Shown in pieces: positions 27,186-40,963 of a stretch of 64,000 nucleotides of DNA. Within the stretch, counting starts at the first letter, position 1, and every line of letters starts with the position of its first letter. The notes below the pieces were generated by a model. The model made no database searches, was not told where the DNA came from, and worked only from the letters and a program-made list of their open reading frames with translations. The stretch is from Ginglymostoma cirratum (lineage: Eukaryota): the NCBI GenBank assembly GCA_024137785.1, contig JAHRHZ010000022.1, positions 31,972,511 to 32,036,510 of the forward strand. The letters are read 5' to 3'. The position numbers were made by a program, and so were the translations under genes.

Positions 27186-27489
27186 GAAGTTATATTTGTT
27201 TGGGAATGCGAACACACCCTTTTCCCTCTGGAACACCAACCTTTGCTGTTCCTAATTGTCAGCTAGTGGACAAGCAACCTCCCACCATCCTGTTTCAATT
27301 ATTGGCTGCTGCACTATTTATATTCCAATTTGTCCTGAATTTTCTGCCGTTGTCAAAATTGTGCTTATCACTGCTTGCTTTGACGCTGATCTTCCTATCC
27401 TCCATGCTCATCCATTAGTTCTACTGATAGCCCATGTCCTGAACTATCCAAGAGCAACCCCACAGAAAATCTTGCAATGAAAAAAGAAT

Positions 27490-27890
27490 TGCTTTACCAA
27501 GTGCCATATTACATCTGTAAGATGTTCCAGGGCAATTCGCATAACAGTCAATGACACAATTTTTATTTAAGTTGATGTGAAAATCAGTTTAAGTGAAACA
27601 ACAGCTACAAGCAACACAATGAAATTAATCTGATTTTATAATGTTGTTTTGTGGCAGGGATGTTGACCAGGTGATGAGGAGAATGTCTTAGACTTTGCAC
27701 AATGTTCTAGGATGTTTTATGTCTCTCCAGGCAGACAGATGAGGTCTCAGTTAGCACCTTACCCAAATGATGGCACTTCCTGCTAACTTACAATTTAACT
27801 TACTTACCTGAATCCTGGACTGAGACTTGAATACCCCAAACGTCCAAAGAGAGATGAGGACGTTGCCTGCTGAGTGAAGCTGAGTAACTG
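27490..27890 (-). mobile_element. Deu-domain SINE (SacSINE/AmnSINE-like), decayed
   Basis: Antisense of the Deu core (ggaggtgccatc…aactgagacc…ctgcc…taaaacatcc…ttctcc…cctggtcaac). Confidence 0.55.
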
Positions 27891-28499
27891 GTTTGTTTAA
27901 AAATCATTGCACTCGTAGAAACAAAATGTGATTGGTGAAAGCGAAGCACATTCACTAGAACAACTGGGAGACCCACACTGGTGACAATGTAAAATATACT
28001 CACTTTCTCATAGCGTATCATCCATTTTGATTACCAGAGGAAGAAAGCGAAGCTATTACAAATTGCAAATGGTAATATGCCAGACATGTAGCCTGTCTCC
28101 ATGTCAGAACAGTTTTTAAGTTATGATGCTTCAGTTGGCTATTTGTAGTTTTAGCAAAAACTGATTATAGTTTGTAATTAAAAGAATAAGCTGCATTGTT
28201 ATTATAATTTATAGGACTTCAGGAGATGGTATTTTTGTAAGCTGATAGCTTTTGGAGGTAATTGAAAATTACCTTTAATACAGTAAACTCAAAATATTTT
28301 TTAACCTGTTTATGTAACAAGCATACCTATCATTAGCAGTACATCTGTCACCAAAAATGAATTGTGTTTTGTAACTTGTAAGTAACACACGGTACCCCTT
28401 TTATTGGGAGGTGGTTAGCTTTAAGTGTCACTTAATTAACTGTATGCATCTCAATATAGCCTCTCAATCCCATTTTATCATTACTTCTTTTGATAAGTA

Positions 28500-29200
28500 T
28501 TGTTAAAGGCCTTTACCAGCAAGTGCCTATCCATTTGCCACCTGTCCTGGCACCGTGACTGATTCCTCAATTTAGAAAATGCATTTTAATTATTCAGGAA
28601 AGTGTTACCTCGTATGACCAGCCCGAATATGCATAAGTGAATGTACGTTTCCAAGTCAACTCACAGGCAACAGCATCAGCATCAGTAGCAATAGCACAGT
28701 CATGTCACTAGATGGCTGTAGAAAAGTACCTTGAACGCTTTGGTGTTGGTGTAATAAGATTGGGGAAGACCTTGACCCGACTGCTTTCTGGCTTTATCTG
28801 GTGTACAGTCAGAGAGATAAAGGGAAAGCTGTGTGCAGTACATGCTCTATACTTTGGTGCAGTAGCTTCCTTGTGTTGAGTTTGAATGTTGTGGGACTTG
28901 TCAGCAGGTGACAGTGTCCGTTGCAAACATGGTAATAGTTTGAATGCCAGAGCCATTCCACCACTTGAACTGACCTGTGTGCCTCTATCCCTGCCTGAGT
29001 CCTGAGCACCCTTCTTTTTTTTCCCTGCAGAGGGGGCTTCTAATCCCAGAGCTGCAATTAGGCTGACACTCTGATTGTGGTGTCACCCTGTTCACTTCTG
29101 CCTGCACCAGGATAGTGGGCTGCTTCAGTACACAGACTTCCTCATTAAAGAGACACGCCAAGGATTGTACCCATATAAGCTTGGCATTCAAGAGGAAAAA
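28500..29200 (+). promoter_or_regulatory. Candidate promoter of the 29457 exon
   Basis: Repeat-free; E-boxes at 28539 and 28905; TATA/CArG-like CCATATAAGC at 29171-29180. Confidence 0.4.
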
Positions 29201-29456
29201 AAGATAGCAAGAGAGAAATTGAGTACGAGTGGGAAAAGAGAAAGGAAAAAACAGCCTGAAGCAAGTTTCTTCACACGGACGAGAGCTAGTGTGCGTCTAT
29301 CCAAGAAATAAGAAGAGGATTGCAGGAAAAAAAAAAGACTGTACGGAGTGACAGAAAACAGAAGAACTGTATTCTCTCTGCTCAGTTTGTAGCAGCAATT
29401 CTTAACCAGGAGAGGAGTCTTTACCGCACAGCTGGAGCCTTAATTCCGTATTCAAA

Positions 29457-29474
29457 ATGATGATGTATTTGTGG
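29457..29474 (+). CDS. Candidate first coding micro-segment MMMYLW of an unidentified gene; 5' UTR upstream
   Basis: No ATG in 28947-29456; caaaATG has A at -3; donor TGG|GTAGGT at 29475; possible upstream acceptor (T)n ccctgcAG at 29030. Confidence 0.5.
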
Positions 29475-32400
29475 GTAGGTAGTATCTCTTTCCATTACCT
29501 TTCTGATGGGAATGTATTTTATGTGCTTTGGCCACGTTAATGTTAAATATATTTAAGAAAGAAATATGACCAAACAAGATTTGCACGGCATCTGTTTGCT
29601 AAAGTACATTGTGATTTTTGAAATAAATTTGCGATTTGTGCGTAGTAAGTTCTGTAACCAGCCGAATCAATACACAACCTTCATTAAAAAGTTATAAGTG
29701 TACAGTGAGTTAACAGGCTGCTGACTGGCCACTGTAACGTGTTCTGTGTTGTTACAGCAGTAGTTGTAGAATCCAGACGTGTTCTTTTCCTGTTTTAACT
29801 CGGCTAAATGACACCTGCTGCCCTAGAATGGGTGGAGGTTGAAGCAGATTAGCTTTTGTTCTTTGACCTGTGTTGTTAACCAGAATTCTTTAACAATTGC
29901 AATGACCTTTGCTACTGAAAATTTAGATGATGTAAAGTCATGTGGAAAATGGCTTAAATTAAACAGCATAGGACCGAATTGTGTGAAATCAAAGTCAACA
30001 TGGGGAATGTAAGCACCTCATAGATTTTAATACATGGTTGCATGTCAATTAGAAGTCACGCTGTTTTGTCTAATACTATGCTAATTTCATATCCTATTAG
30101 ATACCTTACTGTATAAACATATTAGAACAAATTCAACTGTGCAGCTGTAAACCTAGCTGCTCTTGGCACACAGCAGGTGGACTGAGGGTATGCCACCTAA
30201 TAATTAGCTATTAGTTGTAAAAGAAACTGCTGCAATGCCAATTAGTATTTAGCAGGCACTGATACCTATGGTTGTCTAGAGTACGCGCAGCAGAAATTCT
30301 ACAGCACAGAATGAGTTAGAATGAAAGCATTTGTATACTCATATAAAATGTTTCCGTCTGCTTGTTCCACCTGCTTGAGTTTTTTGTTGCAGCTTTACTT
30401 GAAGCATTGTTTGTTTGAACCGTCCTGAGAAGTTTAGGAATAAGGTTGAATATGCTGTATTTGTCTCCATTTACACTGAAGTACTCTCATTGGTTTATTT
30501 ACAATCAGCCTGCGGCCCTATCGCACACTCGTAGCCTCCATTTTTTATAGAGCAGTGTAGGGAAGGCATATTCACCACAATGTTTCCAGTGTGTTTTGCA
30601 TTCACCTAGTTTTGAATTTATTAAAAGAAATTAAACAAATTAGTAACTTTAACATGTATCCTGCCTTTGTGCCATGAATGGATTCTGCACTGATTATACT
30701 TAAACTTGTTCAGTAAAAGACCATTAGAAACATTATGCATTGCAAAACACAGGAGATAAATTTAGAGCTAGTGGTACATATTCTATCTGTTCAGCCTAAA
30801 AGGAAATAAAAGATCTCTTAATTTATTATTCGAAGATGTGATAAAAAATTCTGCAGTGTTCAGAACATATAAGATAAACTCACTATTAGTCCCTAGCCGT
30901 CTGAACCACATTCTCGTGCACTCCTACTTCCCAAGGTTTTATTTTTAGTATTATTTTTGGATATTCTTTGTGTGATTCAAAGCCTTGTATTATGCTGGTA
31001 TTCCTGGTCAACCAACAGTCTTCAGTAATGTTCACTTCCAATCTCCCACAGGCGAATGCGAAAAGCATATCATGGTAAATAATTCACACTGAACCTGGTA
31101 ATTCTGCTGGTTATGACTCAGAAATGTTCTTATTTTGATATTACTAGGCACAATTCACAGACGTATTACCATTATAGGAAAAAATAAAAATGTAAGAAAG
31201 AGCTTATCTAAATTTAATCATTTTATGTTTAAAACATGCTTATCATGGTAGTTTATCATGTACAAAACACAGTGACTTTTTTTTTCTACTGGTTTTCAGA
31301 ACAACTGATCTCATTTTTTTCTGTTCTTGCATTTAATATCCACATTTTATCAAATAAAATTAGATAACTAATAATTTATCAATGAGAATAGGTCAATTTT
31401 ACCACAATGAGCAATATTTTTGATTCATCTGATTATACTTTCTACAACCCACTTATATTTGCTATTTGTGGCATTTATAAATGAATTTTTAATTGTTTTG
31501 TGGTCATTAAAAATTTGACCATCGTGAGTGCTGTGCCCAAAGGCAGGTGCTTGGCTCATTGTCTGCTAATACTTAATCCTGAACCGCTTTCATGGCAGTT
31601 TTTATCAGGGCTGGTTTGCCATTGCATTGCACACTCAGAGGCAGGGCCTAAGTCTACCACAGCTGGAATGGCAGATGACCTTGTGCTGTTGGTATTCTTC
31701 TGAATTACACACTAATCAATTGGCCAAGTAGATGAGAGCAATTTTTATTGCATTACATTTCAAACAGTGTGAAGTATACTCTAGTAAACAGGAATGAAGT
31801 CTTTATAAATAGCTAACGTAAGATTTGGTGAACATTCTTTTCTCTCAACATCATGAAAATCCCCTTTCAGAAAAAACATAGTGAAAATCAACAATGCAGA
31901 ATGCTTTTGAGAGGTTAAAGGATGTAAAATGGTAGATTGAGAGCTTTTAATTATTAAACATGGTCAATGTATCCACCTGAGTGGATATTGTCCTATAAGA
32001 ACGAATAACATTGGAACGCTAAATTCACTTATTTTTCAGCGTTGTATTCAGCAAGAGAAAAAAATGTTAAAATGGAGCACAAAAGGCTTTTTACCTGACT
32101 GCTTGTAGTCGCTCTAACATTCAAGAAAAATCCTACTTAGAAGAATATCCTAAATGCAGAATCGTTAGAAAACTGCTGTCTTACTAAAATAAATACTAGT
32201 TAAAATCGCATATTACAACATTGGTTTTGGGAAATCCATCGTTCTATTGCAAGCATAACGTTCAACCTCTCGTTCAGGTGACTATATATTTGTGTGCCTC
32301 TTACCCTCTGACATAAAGGTCCTGGTTTATTGTGAGATAAGGTATTTGTTGACACACACATTTTCTGGGAATTATTTCTTGTCTTCAAAGTACTTAGCTG

Positions 32401-34211
32401 TACATTCTGTGCTTTGCCAAAGGAAAGCTGGAGCATGTCAAGGATCACAGAGTGTGTCTTGAGCCGAGGTGTGTTAAAGTAATCCTGTACAACTAACTCC
32501 GGAGAAATAGGTACCTTATTCAAGTACAGTTCTGATCCGAGTGTGAAATTCAATGAACCAGTATTCCATTTGCTCCCATTGTATGGAAATTTTGCGCAAG
32601 GCACAATGCTAAGTAAAATACTGCAATGTATGAAGTGCTGAAGCAAACAGGAAATCTTACACAACCATTTGTGTTCTCATTTCTCAGCAGATTGAATATT
32701 GTCAGGTTAGCATTTAGCTGTTGTGTTTTGTGTGCTGCCAATGCATTTTTCTGATAATAGACTATTTTAATTTAAACTCAGTTTACAGGATGAGTGATTA
32801 AATGGATTGAACTTTGAATATTGCAATCTAGCCATTTACTTCTAAGCGTAATATTCAAATCTTGATCCAAGCTTAGCATTTATTGGTAAACTTGTTAAAC
32901 ACTTAACGGATACAGGTGCATTACAATATTTTTGCTTGACTGCTGAAATTAAATAATGTGATTATACTGTCAAGTGATATTTATCCTTCAGTCAAAGGTT
33001 ACAGTGCATGACTATAGCCTTTTTCCAATATCATTTTTCACCAAGAGCTTTGTCTCAGCATGTAAGCATTTAGGAGCTTTTAGTAAGTAAACTTTGATTT
33101 ATTGTCATTTAAAAGAAGAAATATCTGGCAGGAGATGCGCTGTCACTCATTCCCAGAAATTCTTTTACTCAATATTGTCCAATTATACACCATATTTTGC
33201 ATCAGCTCTTTGCATTTTCTTACACTGCACCAAGCATAATGATTCTGGTCTGGTGCTATCTTTGCCAAGCACTGGAAAAAGTAGGTCTGTATGGTGGATG
33301 GACGGCTGTGTAGCATCATTGAATCAAATAGGAAAGTACCTGTTCAATTCATGTCTTCTGAGATCTGCTCGCTCAAACCAGAATGTGGAGATGATCCTTC
33401 TATAATTTTGCACTCCAACATTCGACATCCATCTTGGTGTGTTCCTTCACACAACTGTTCTGTATTCTTTGTGACTTCTTCACCATTTGGACACTGATTT
33501 ATGACAAACAAATGGAAAAAAAAGCAGGATATTTTTAATAATTGCACAGTAAAGCATTTACTGCTGAATCTGAGGTACATCTGGCTCTGTCACTGTCTTG
33601 GAGTCTTCAGTTGTAACTGCTTGAAGACTTCAAATTGACAAAACCATTTCAGACTATTTGCTACTGATTCAGAATATTAATTATTGCAGTAATGATCTAA
33701 GTAGGGGATTTTCTCAACTGTACATTATCCACCATAGACTATTGCATTCTTTCAGATTTGGATGACTAGATAGGCTTTTCCTGTATCAACTTCATGGCTT
33801 TTGACTGTTACATGAACACAGATACAATTAAAATCATCAGTATTCAAGCTCTTATTTGGTGATCTTTCTTTCTGAATGATATTGTGAAACATGTTTAGGA
33901 GAGAAAATGTTATTTTAGCCAAAAAAAAAGACGAAACTGGCAAAACCTTCATCCACACAGTCACACAGCCTTCAGTGCCATGACAGCAAACCAGTGACAC
34001 TGCTCTCATGAACAGTAAGAGAGTAACTGGATCCATTGTAACTAAAACATATAGTTGGGAGTGTTTTATATGGTACGTCAGTTTGGTTCATGGGAGTTTT
34101 TCCAAATGTCACTAAAATTGCAACAGATAACCTCATCATCTTTCATGATAAGATCAGAATGTTTCTTCTTGAAGACCACTTTCCTTTCCTCAAATGATGA
34201 GGAGTATTATG

Positions 34212-34410
34212 GAATCAATAGAATCATTGAATCCCTTACAGAATCATAAAATCCCTACAGTGTGGAAACAGGCCATTCAACCCAACAAGTCCAAACTGCC
34301 CCTTCGAAGGCCATCCCACCCGGACTCACTCCCCAACCCCTACATTTCCACATGTCGATTCCTTATAGAATCATAGAATCCCTACAGTGTGGAAACAGGA
34401 CATTTGGCCC
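34212..34410 (-). mobile_element. Two tandem HE1/HER1 3' tails
   Basis: atagaatccctacagtgtggaaacaggcc-type tail twice, the reverse of the 60720-60757 tail. Confidence 0.8.
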
Positions 34411-35753
34411 AGGAATACAAAAACTATATAGAATTATGTTTACAAGATTAATATAATTTGAGATTCTGTTAGGATAAATGGAAGGAGACTACATGACATT
34501 TTCTGCCTGACAGTAGTAAAACATGGGTGGTTTGATTGTTAGAGATCAAAGGAAAGCTGAGATTGATTTACATGGAAGGATAAGGAAGTTATTTATGCAT
34601 GGAGGCAATGAGAACAATCTCTGATTTTTAGATGGTCAGGGTTTTTCAGATCAAGTTACAGTCTTCCCTGCAAATCAGTGAATCACAGACAGACAACAGG
34701 TTCTGTGCAGTCAGCTAAAGGAAGATGTTCCATGTCCTGTGAGTTTACCACAACCAAATCCAGGTCTCGCCAGTGTCCCCTACATTTGATGAACAAATTA
34801 AAAATAAAAGAGGCAGACAGTGTCTAGTTAAAGAAATGCACACTGCTGCCTTCCTTGGAACTTGAAAGACATTTCCTGGCATTGCTAAGGATAAAAGGAA
34901 TAATGAGAACAGGCTTTACTGATGGGGGTGGACTTAAATTTTTCTCTGAAAACTGAAGAACATGCCAATGAAATGAGAATGCAAAATCCATTGAAAACCG
35001 AGACCAACTGTGGACTACTTGCTAAAAGGATTGTAATTCAATGGCAAATGCTATGTGCTAAGCATGACAGGGAACAATTCCTTTCTTCAGGTTAAATGTA
35101 GGTTGCCTAAAGAAAACAGTGTTCACTCAATAAGAGTTTTTTTCAGTCAGTTGTTATAGTAAAAGTTTTTAAGACATAAAATCTGGTTGTGTAACTCTTT
35201 CAGGGAGTAACTGGAAGGTTGATTTCTTTTTAAAAGTTACTGATCTCAACAGAGATTGTCATAGGATTTGAGAGGTGGAAATGACCATCCAGATGCAAAC
35301 TGCTCCATATTATCCTGCAAGAGAGTAGAGAGTAAATCCGGAAAAGGCAAGCGGTTAAAGAAAGTATATCAAGTAGCTTGGGAGAGCTAAAATAAAAGAA
35401 GTAGCATTATCTAACTAATCCAAGTGGAGGGAAGAGTTTTAGAGTTGCGCATGAAAATAATTTCTGTTACAGTAGCTACTAAGCAATAGTGGCATGCAAC
35501 ATTTTAGTGCCTTCTTAACTAGAGTGCATTATGAAGATTTGCTGTACAGATGTCATATTAAAAGAGTGAAGAGTATGCTAACATCCAGGTTGACCTTCAT
35601 TAATTAACATAGCCAATACCAGATTAAGTGCATTTATATTCATTTGCCGTTTCTGAAAACATGCAGTGCAAATTTGGCTGCTACCTGTACATAGTCACTT
35701 TATTTCAGAAAAATGTAACTCATAGGTTGAGAAGCTGTTTGGACCATCCTAAT

Positions 35754-36482
35754 GATAGAACGAAGACAAAAGAACAATACAGCATAGTAACTGGCCCTTC
35801 AGCCCTCCAAGCCTGTGCCGACACATTTAGCCCTTCCATATTACAAACTGTCTTCATTTAAAGTATCCATATCCCTCTATTCCCTTCCTATTCATGTGTT
35901 CATCCAGGTGCTTCTTGAGTGCTGCTATTGGGTCTGCTTCCACCACCTCCTCTGGCAGCATTTTCCATGTACTCACCGTCCTTTATGTGGAAAAACCTGC
36001 CTCACTCATCTCATTTAAATGTCCTCCCTCGCACCTTGAACCTGTGTCCCCTAGTAATTGATCCCTCAATCCTGGGAAAAAGCTTTATACTTTCCACTCT
36101 GTCACTGCCATCCACAATCTTATAAACTTCTATCAACCTCCTGTATTCCAGTGAAAACAAACCCAGTCTATCCAACCTTTCTTCATCGCTAAAATCCCCT
36201 GAACCAGGCAACATCCTGGTAAACCTTTTTTGTACCCATTCCAAGGAATCCACATCCTTCTGGTAGAGTGGTGACCAGAACTGTATGCAATATTCCAAGT
36301 TGGCTTAATTAAAATTCTATAAAGCTGCAGCATTGCTTGTCTATCCTTATACTTAATGCCCATTCCAATGAAGGCAAGCATGCCATAAGCCTTTTTTACT
36401 ACCATATCTACTTGTGCAGCCACCTTCAGTGATTTGTGGACCTGCACACTCAGATCTCTCTGCATATCAATACTCCTCAGGG
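35754..36482 (-). mobile_element. CR1/HER1 LINE 3' 730 bp, frameshifted ORF2 end
   Basis: QRDLSVQVHKSLKVAAQVDMVVKKAYGMLAFI and EYCIQFWSPLYQKDVDSLEWVQKRFTRMLPG. Confidence 0.92.
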
Positions 36483-39400
36483 CTCTACTCCTAATGATCT
36501 GGTAAAAGACGAATCAATGCAAGTAAACTTTTCTCGTCAATTTATTTCTTTATTCCTTCCTTTCTTTGCTTCCATCCTCCTTCCTGCCCTCCCTCCCTGT
36601 AACAAATAAAATAAGCTAAACTTTCCTTTCTAGAGGCAGCCTCCACTGATTCACATAAGACCCGCTGACCACGAAGTGTTTAAGAATACTGACTGCAGTC
36701 ACTGTTTCATGCACCTCATTGCCTGTGCTGCTGAAGTATAGCAATGATATGTTGCTGTTTGTCGCAAAAACATATTTAAGCCTGTACGCAGACCGTGTTT
36801 CCTGACTGTAACTTGTCAAAAGCTGCAGAGGGACCCAGCCTCAAACAGATATTAGTTCCCCTATTTACATACATGGAGGAGCTTTTATCAATAAAGTAGA
36901 CAGTGTATTACTCAAACAGAATGATATACATACGTCATTCACCATATTGGATGTAAAAGCCAGTGAAGACAAAATGCCTAATTAGGAGGGACAATGCCGT
37001 CAACATTCTAGGCCATAAATTATACATGTTAACTCATAAGCCAAATATTATGCTGGTTTAAAAAAAAGCTGGAGATCATACAGAAATAAACTGTTATGAT
37101 GATCCAGTCCGATATTATGTTAAAATCACACCGATTACAAATTGAGCTCAATACCTCCTGGCTGTTTGAATTGTGCTGATAAATAAATCTAATATGTGGT
37201 CAGGTTAAAATAGGTTGTGCAACCTGATTAAAGCAGTTTCTTTTCTCTCTGCAACGATGGGTGCTTACTGCACCTACCCACACAAAATGTAGTAGTCTGC
37301 ATGTTTCCTATTTGCACATGTTTTTCGCAGTCCCTGTCGTGGAGAAATGTGAAGTGCTGACAATGTGAAATAAAAATGGAAAATCCTGGCACTTGCATCA
37401 CTTCCTAAATTAAAATCTAGGTAATACTTTGCAAAGATGGAAACTAGTAGTTAAGCGAGTCTTTTATACATGAACTGGGAAGCAGTTAAATGCTAAACTT
37501 TAATGATGAACTGAATAGTTTGAACTGTAAGTATCAGAATTATGAAATCATTGGATCCCTTTGACTTAATTTCAATACCCAAAACTTCCTGCAAGTCCTC
37601 AACTTTTCTCATTAAGAACCACATATAAAAAAATCAGAAAAATCCAGGGTGTCTGCCCATATAGGATCTCCTAGTACAATATTTGCTGCCTTTGTATTTA
37701 CAATAATTAGATAAAATTAATAATTGTAAGGACATATTGAAATTAGACATGGACATTTTGTAGTAAGATTAAAATTCATGAAAATGTATACCAGTTCAAT
37801 GAGAAGTTTATGTTCCAGTGAGGAATCAGACCGAAATTTGCAAATGCTGTCAGACCTGACATGCATTGTTCGCAATGTTTACATTTTTTTACATTTCCAA
37901 CATTAACTGTCTTCTTTTCATCCAGTTTGCACTGTATGTTTCCAGTACTCCGGCCTTAGATAAAAATGTTCTGCAGAAACAAGTGCACAGACAAAAACCT
38001 GAGCACTTGCAGAAAACACAGTACAGTCAATCCAGCACAGACTCTTGGTATTTAATGAGTTAAACCTGGTCTCACTAATGTTTCATTGTAGCTCCCAATT
38101 GATTCAATAGAATAACATTAATAATTATCTGTCATTCTTAGAAACTGTCTGTTGAACTCTGAACTATGGAAATCCCTTTTTTGATCCTTAATATATTGAA
38201 GAAAGAATGCTTTGGAAAAATTACATAAACAATAGTGGAAACCTTCTGATTCATACTAACATTGAAAGCCTTTACCGTGCTGCCTGCTTCATTTCACCAG
38301 AGCATCTGTTACATTTTACAATAGGTTTTAACTGTTGCTTGGATGTAAAAATAAATGAAATACACACACTGTCAGGACAATGCTTTTTCACAGATGGAGT
38401 CTTGTAAGAGAAACAGGAGTGACAATCAGAAAAGATTTCCGATGACATTAAAGAGGAAGAGTAAACACTGGCTCTGGTACCATCGAACCAGAATGATAAC
38501 TTCACCTGATTCACCAGAGGGTGTAATCATTGTTTTTTTCACACTGCTTTACTGACTAATTATGTAATTAGTAAATATTAAAGTATCACTTTGTGTTTAA
38601 TTTTTATTCCTTTTAATTGCATGGTAATCTCTGTGGTCTCTTTTCTGTGTGAGAAACCATTTGTCAATACCTACTACAACTGGTTTGTTGTTTTGTTTTG
38701 AACATGCTAATGTTCACATGTAGAGCATTTCCATTCTGAGTGCTGATGATAATCTTACAGTCCGTGAATTGTGATTATTGATTGACGTGAAAAATAAAAT
38801 GTTCAACTGAGGAAAATCTACCCCATAGTGGAGGGGATTTTGTGCGATTTTACTGTGTGCCATTTAGCACATGCATCTGAAATGATTTTGTATGCTATTC
38901 AATGAAAGTGCTAAGCTATTTATATTAAATAGTTTAAGATCTCTTTTCAAATGACAGGTGCCAATTGTTCAGCATTTCAACACAAATATCAATAGCAACG
39001 CCAGGTAGTACAGAGACCCTTTTGCTTAAAGAGTATTTCTTCACAAATTCAGCAACAGCAAGATGACTCCTGATCTGCATCAACATTAAACTTGCATTTT
39101 AATTCTAGCTTAAGGGCAGAGCGAATATCTGTAGAAGGTGTTGTCTGAGATCAGTTTAATTTGAAATCCTATGAACTGCAAGTCTCATGTGGAATCTGTT
39201 GGACTACTTTAACCTCACTTTAAATATTTAATGAAATGGGATTGTCTCCTTTCTCCGTTCTAAACAATTACGCTTTTAACTATTCGGAACAACTATGGTA
39301 ATGATTGAATGTTGGCTATGGACACAAGTCTCGATTTGGAAAAACCTTACCATTCCTGCCAGAGAAGGCCATCAACATACATAAATACACCGCTGCTATC

Positions 39401-40963
39401 TAAACTCCAGCTCCCATTCTCCGACCAGCTGCTGCAGTGTGATTTCACTCCAAAGGGAATGTTCAGAATAAGCAAAACATCACATCAAACCTACTGGAAA
39501 TTCTTTAATTTGTGCAAACAATCCCTATAAGGTACTTATACATGAGACCTGTCAGACTAGTGTTATGATGGAATGTCTATAAACACTGGAGTAATATCTC
39601 TGTATGTAATACCAAGAAATCTGTAAGAAAAACAATTACATATTTATCATCCAAAACAAATAGTGGGTCGGACAACTTCTGCTTGTGCTATCTGTTCAGG
39701 GAATATGAAATAAAGTAGAATGTGCTAACTTGCATTTTGTATTAGTGAAAAATTGTTGGTAAATGAGCCAGAAATTATACCAAATCAATAAATAGTTACC
39801 CAACCTGCTCCTTATCAGATCAATACAGGAGAACAAGTTCAGTCAAAGGGCAAATATGTTCCACGGGTTTTCTTTGTTTCTCATTCTGCCTTTACACACA
39901 ATAGTGGTTTGAAATCAACATTTGTTGATATAATATGAACACCTTTGTAGAGTAATACAGGTAGTGACCAATATTTATTATGGGGGTGGAGCAGGTGGAG
40001 GATTAACAGAGCTATTGACACACTCTCCAACACATGACAAGAACGATGTTAACTAGCATCTGGGTTTTCCAGTGAAGAATTAACAAGACCTTCAATACTT
40101 AAAAATCAAATTCTAATGAAGGAGGCATTCTTAATTTTGAATGAAAGGAGCAATTTCAAAGCAGTTCCCGAAAAAAATAATATGCAAGGTTACTTCTTGC
40201 AGAGAGGTTTGCATTGATCATTAATAGGGTGCAACAAACTGTGCGGTGACATCTTGAAATTCTTGGCACTGCATCAACTTCAAATATGCAGTACAAAGTC
40301 AATGTGAGTTACTGCTAATAGAAGGCCCTTTCTCTTTTTCACACTTTTTCTTTCATTTCCATTGCATAGGCAAAAATGGACAAAAACTCAAGGGCCTGGA
40401 TTTTTGCAACAGCTGAAAGGGTCTCCAACTTAGCCAAATGCCATCAAAGCCCTAATTCTGGAAATCCAAACCCTGGAAATGGTGCCCAATATTTTCACGA
40501 AGGGAGCAGGAATAGATATTAGATTGCACATCAATGATCCACAGAGAAAGCCGTCCAATGCAAAATACAGCTGTCTTCAGACTGATCCAATTTATATTAG
40601 TGGAACGCTGAAAAGTTAAGTGGTGAGGCTTAAGCCTTTAAAGGAAAAGTCTACTGCTGCTCAAGTTTTTAGAAGAGGCCGGGTCTCCTTTCAGATAGGT
40701 CCCAGGTACCCCTTTAAGAAGTTGTGCTTTGGAAAAATTATGGTACCCTTTTAGGAAATATAATGCGCAATCAGGAAGAAGACAGATGCAATCATGGAGA
40801 AATCCCCTTTGGGATTATTAAAAATGGAGAAGAATGCATATGATAAGTGAATAAACCCATTGTATCTGCCAAGTGGTATTCAATGCTCCTGCCTATTTTT
40901 ACCAAAAAAAGGTCAATGCTTGCCATTTCACTCTGTCTGTTGAAATAAACCTGAGTTTTTCGA

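Noticed and set aside
29457-29537. MMMYLW resembles the CD45/PTPRC start (MTMYLW)
   Set aside because: No hydrophobic signal peptide follows in the same exon (VGSISFHYLSDG…stop); four matching residues cannot support a gene name
38394-38520. Possible + exon after ttttcacAG (MESCKRNRSDNQKRF…)
   Set aside because: Only weak donor sites and an unrecognisable peptide
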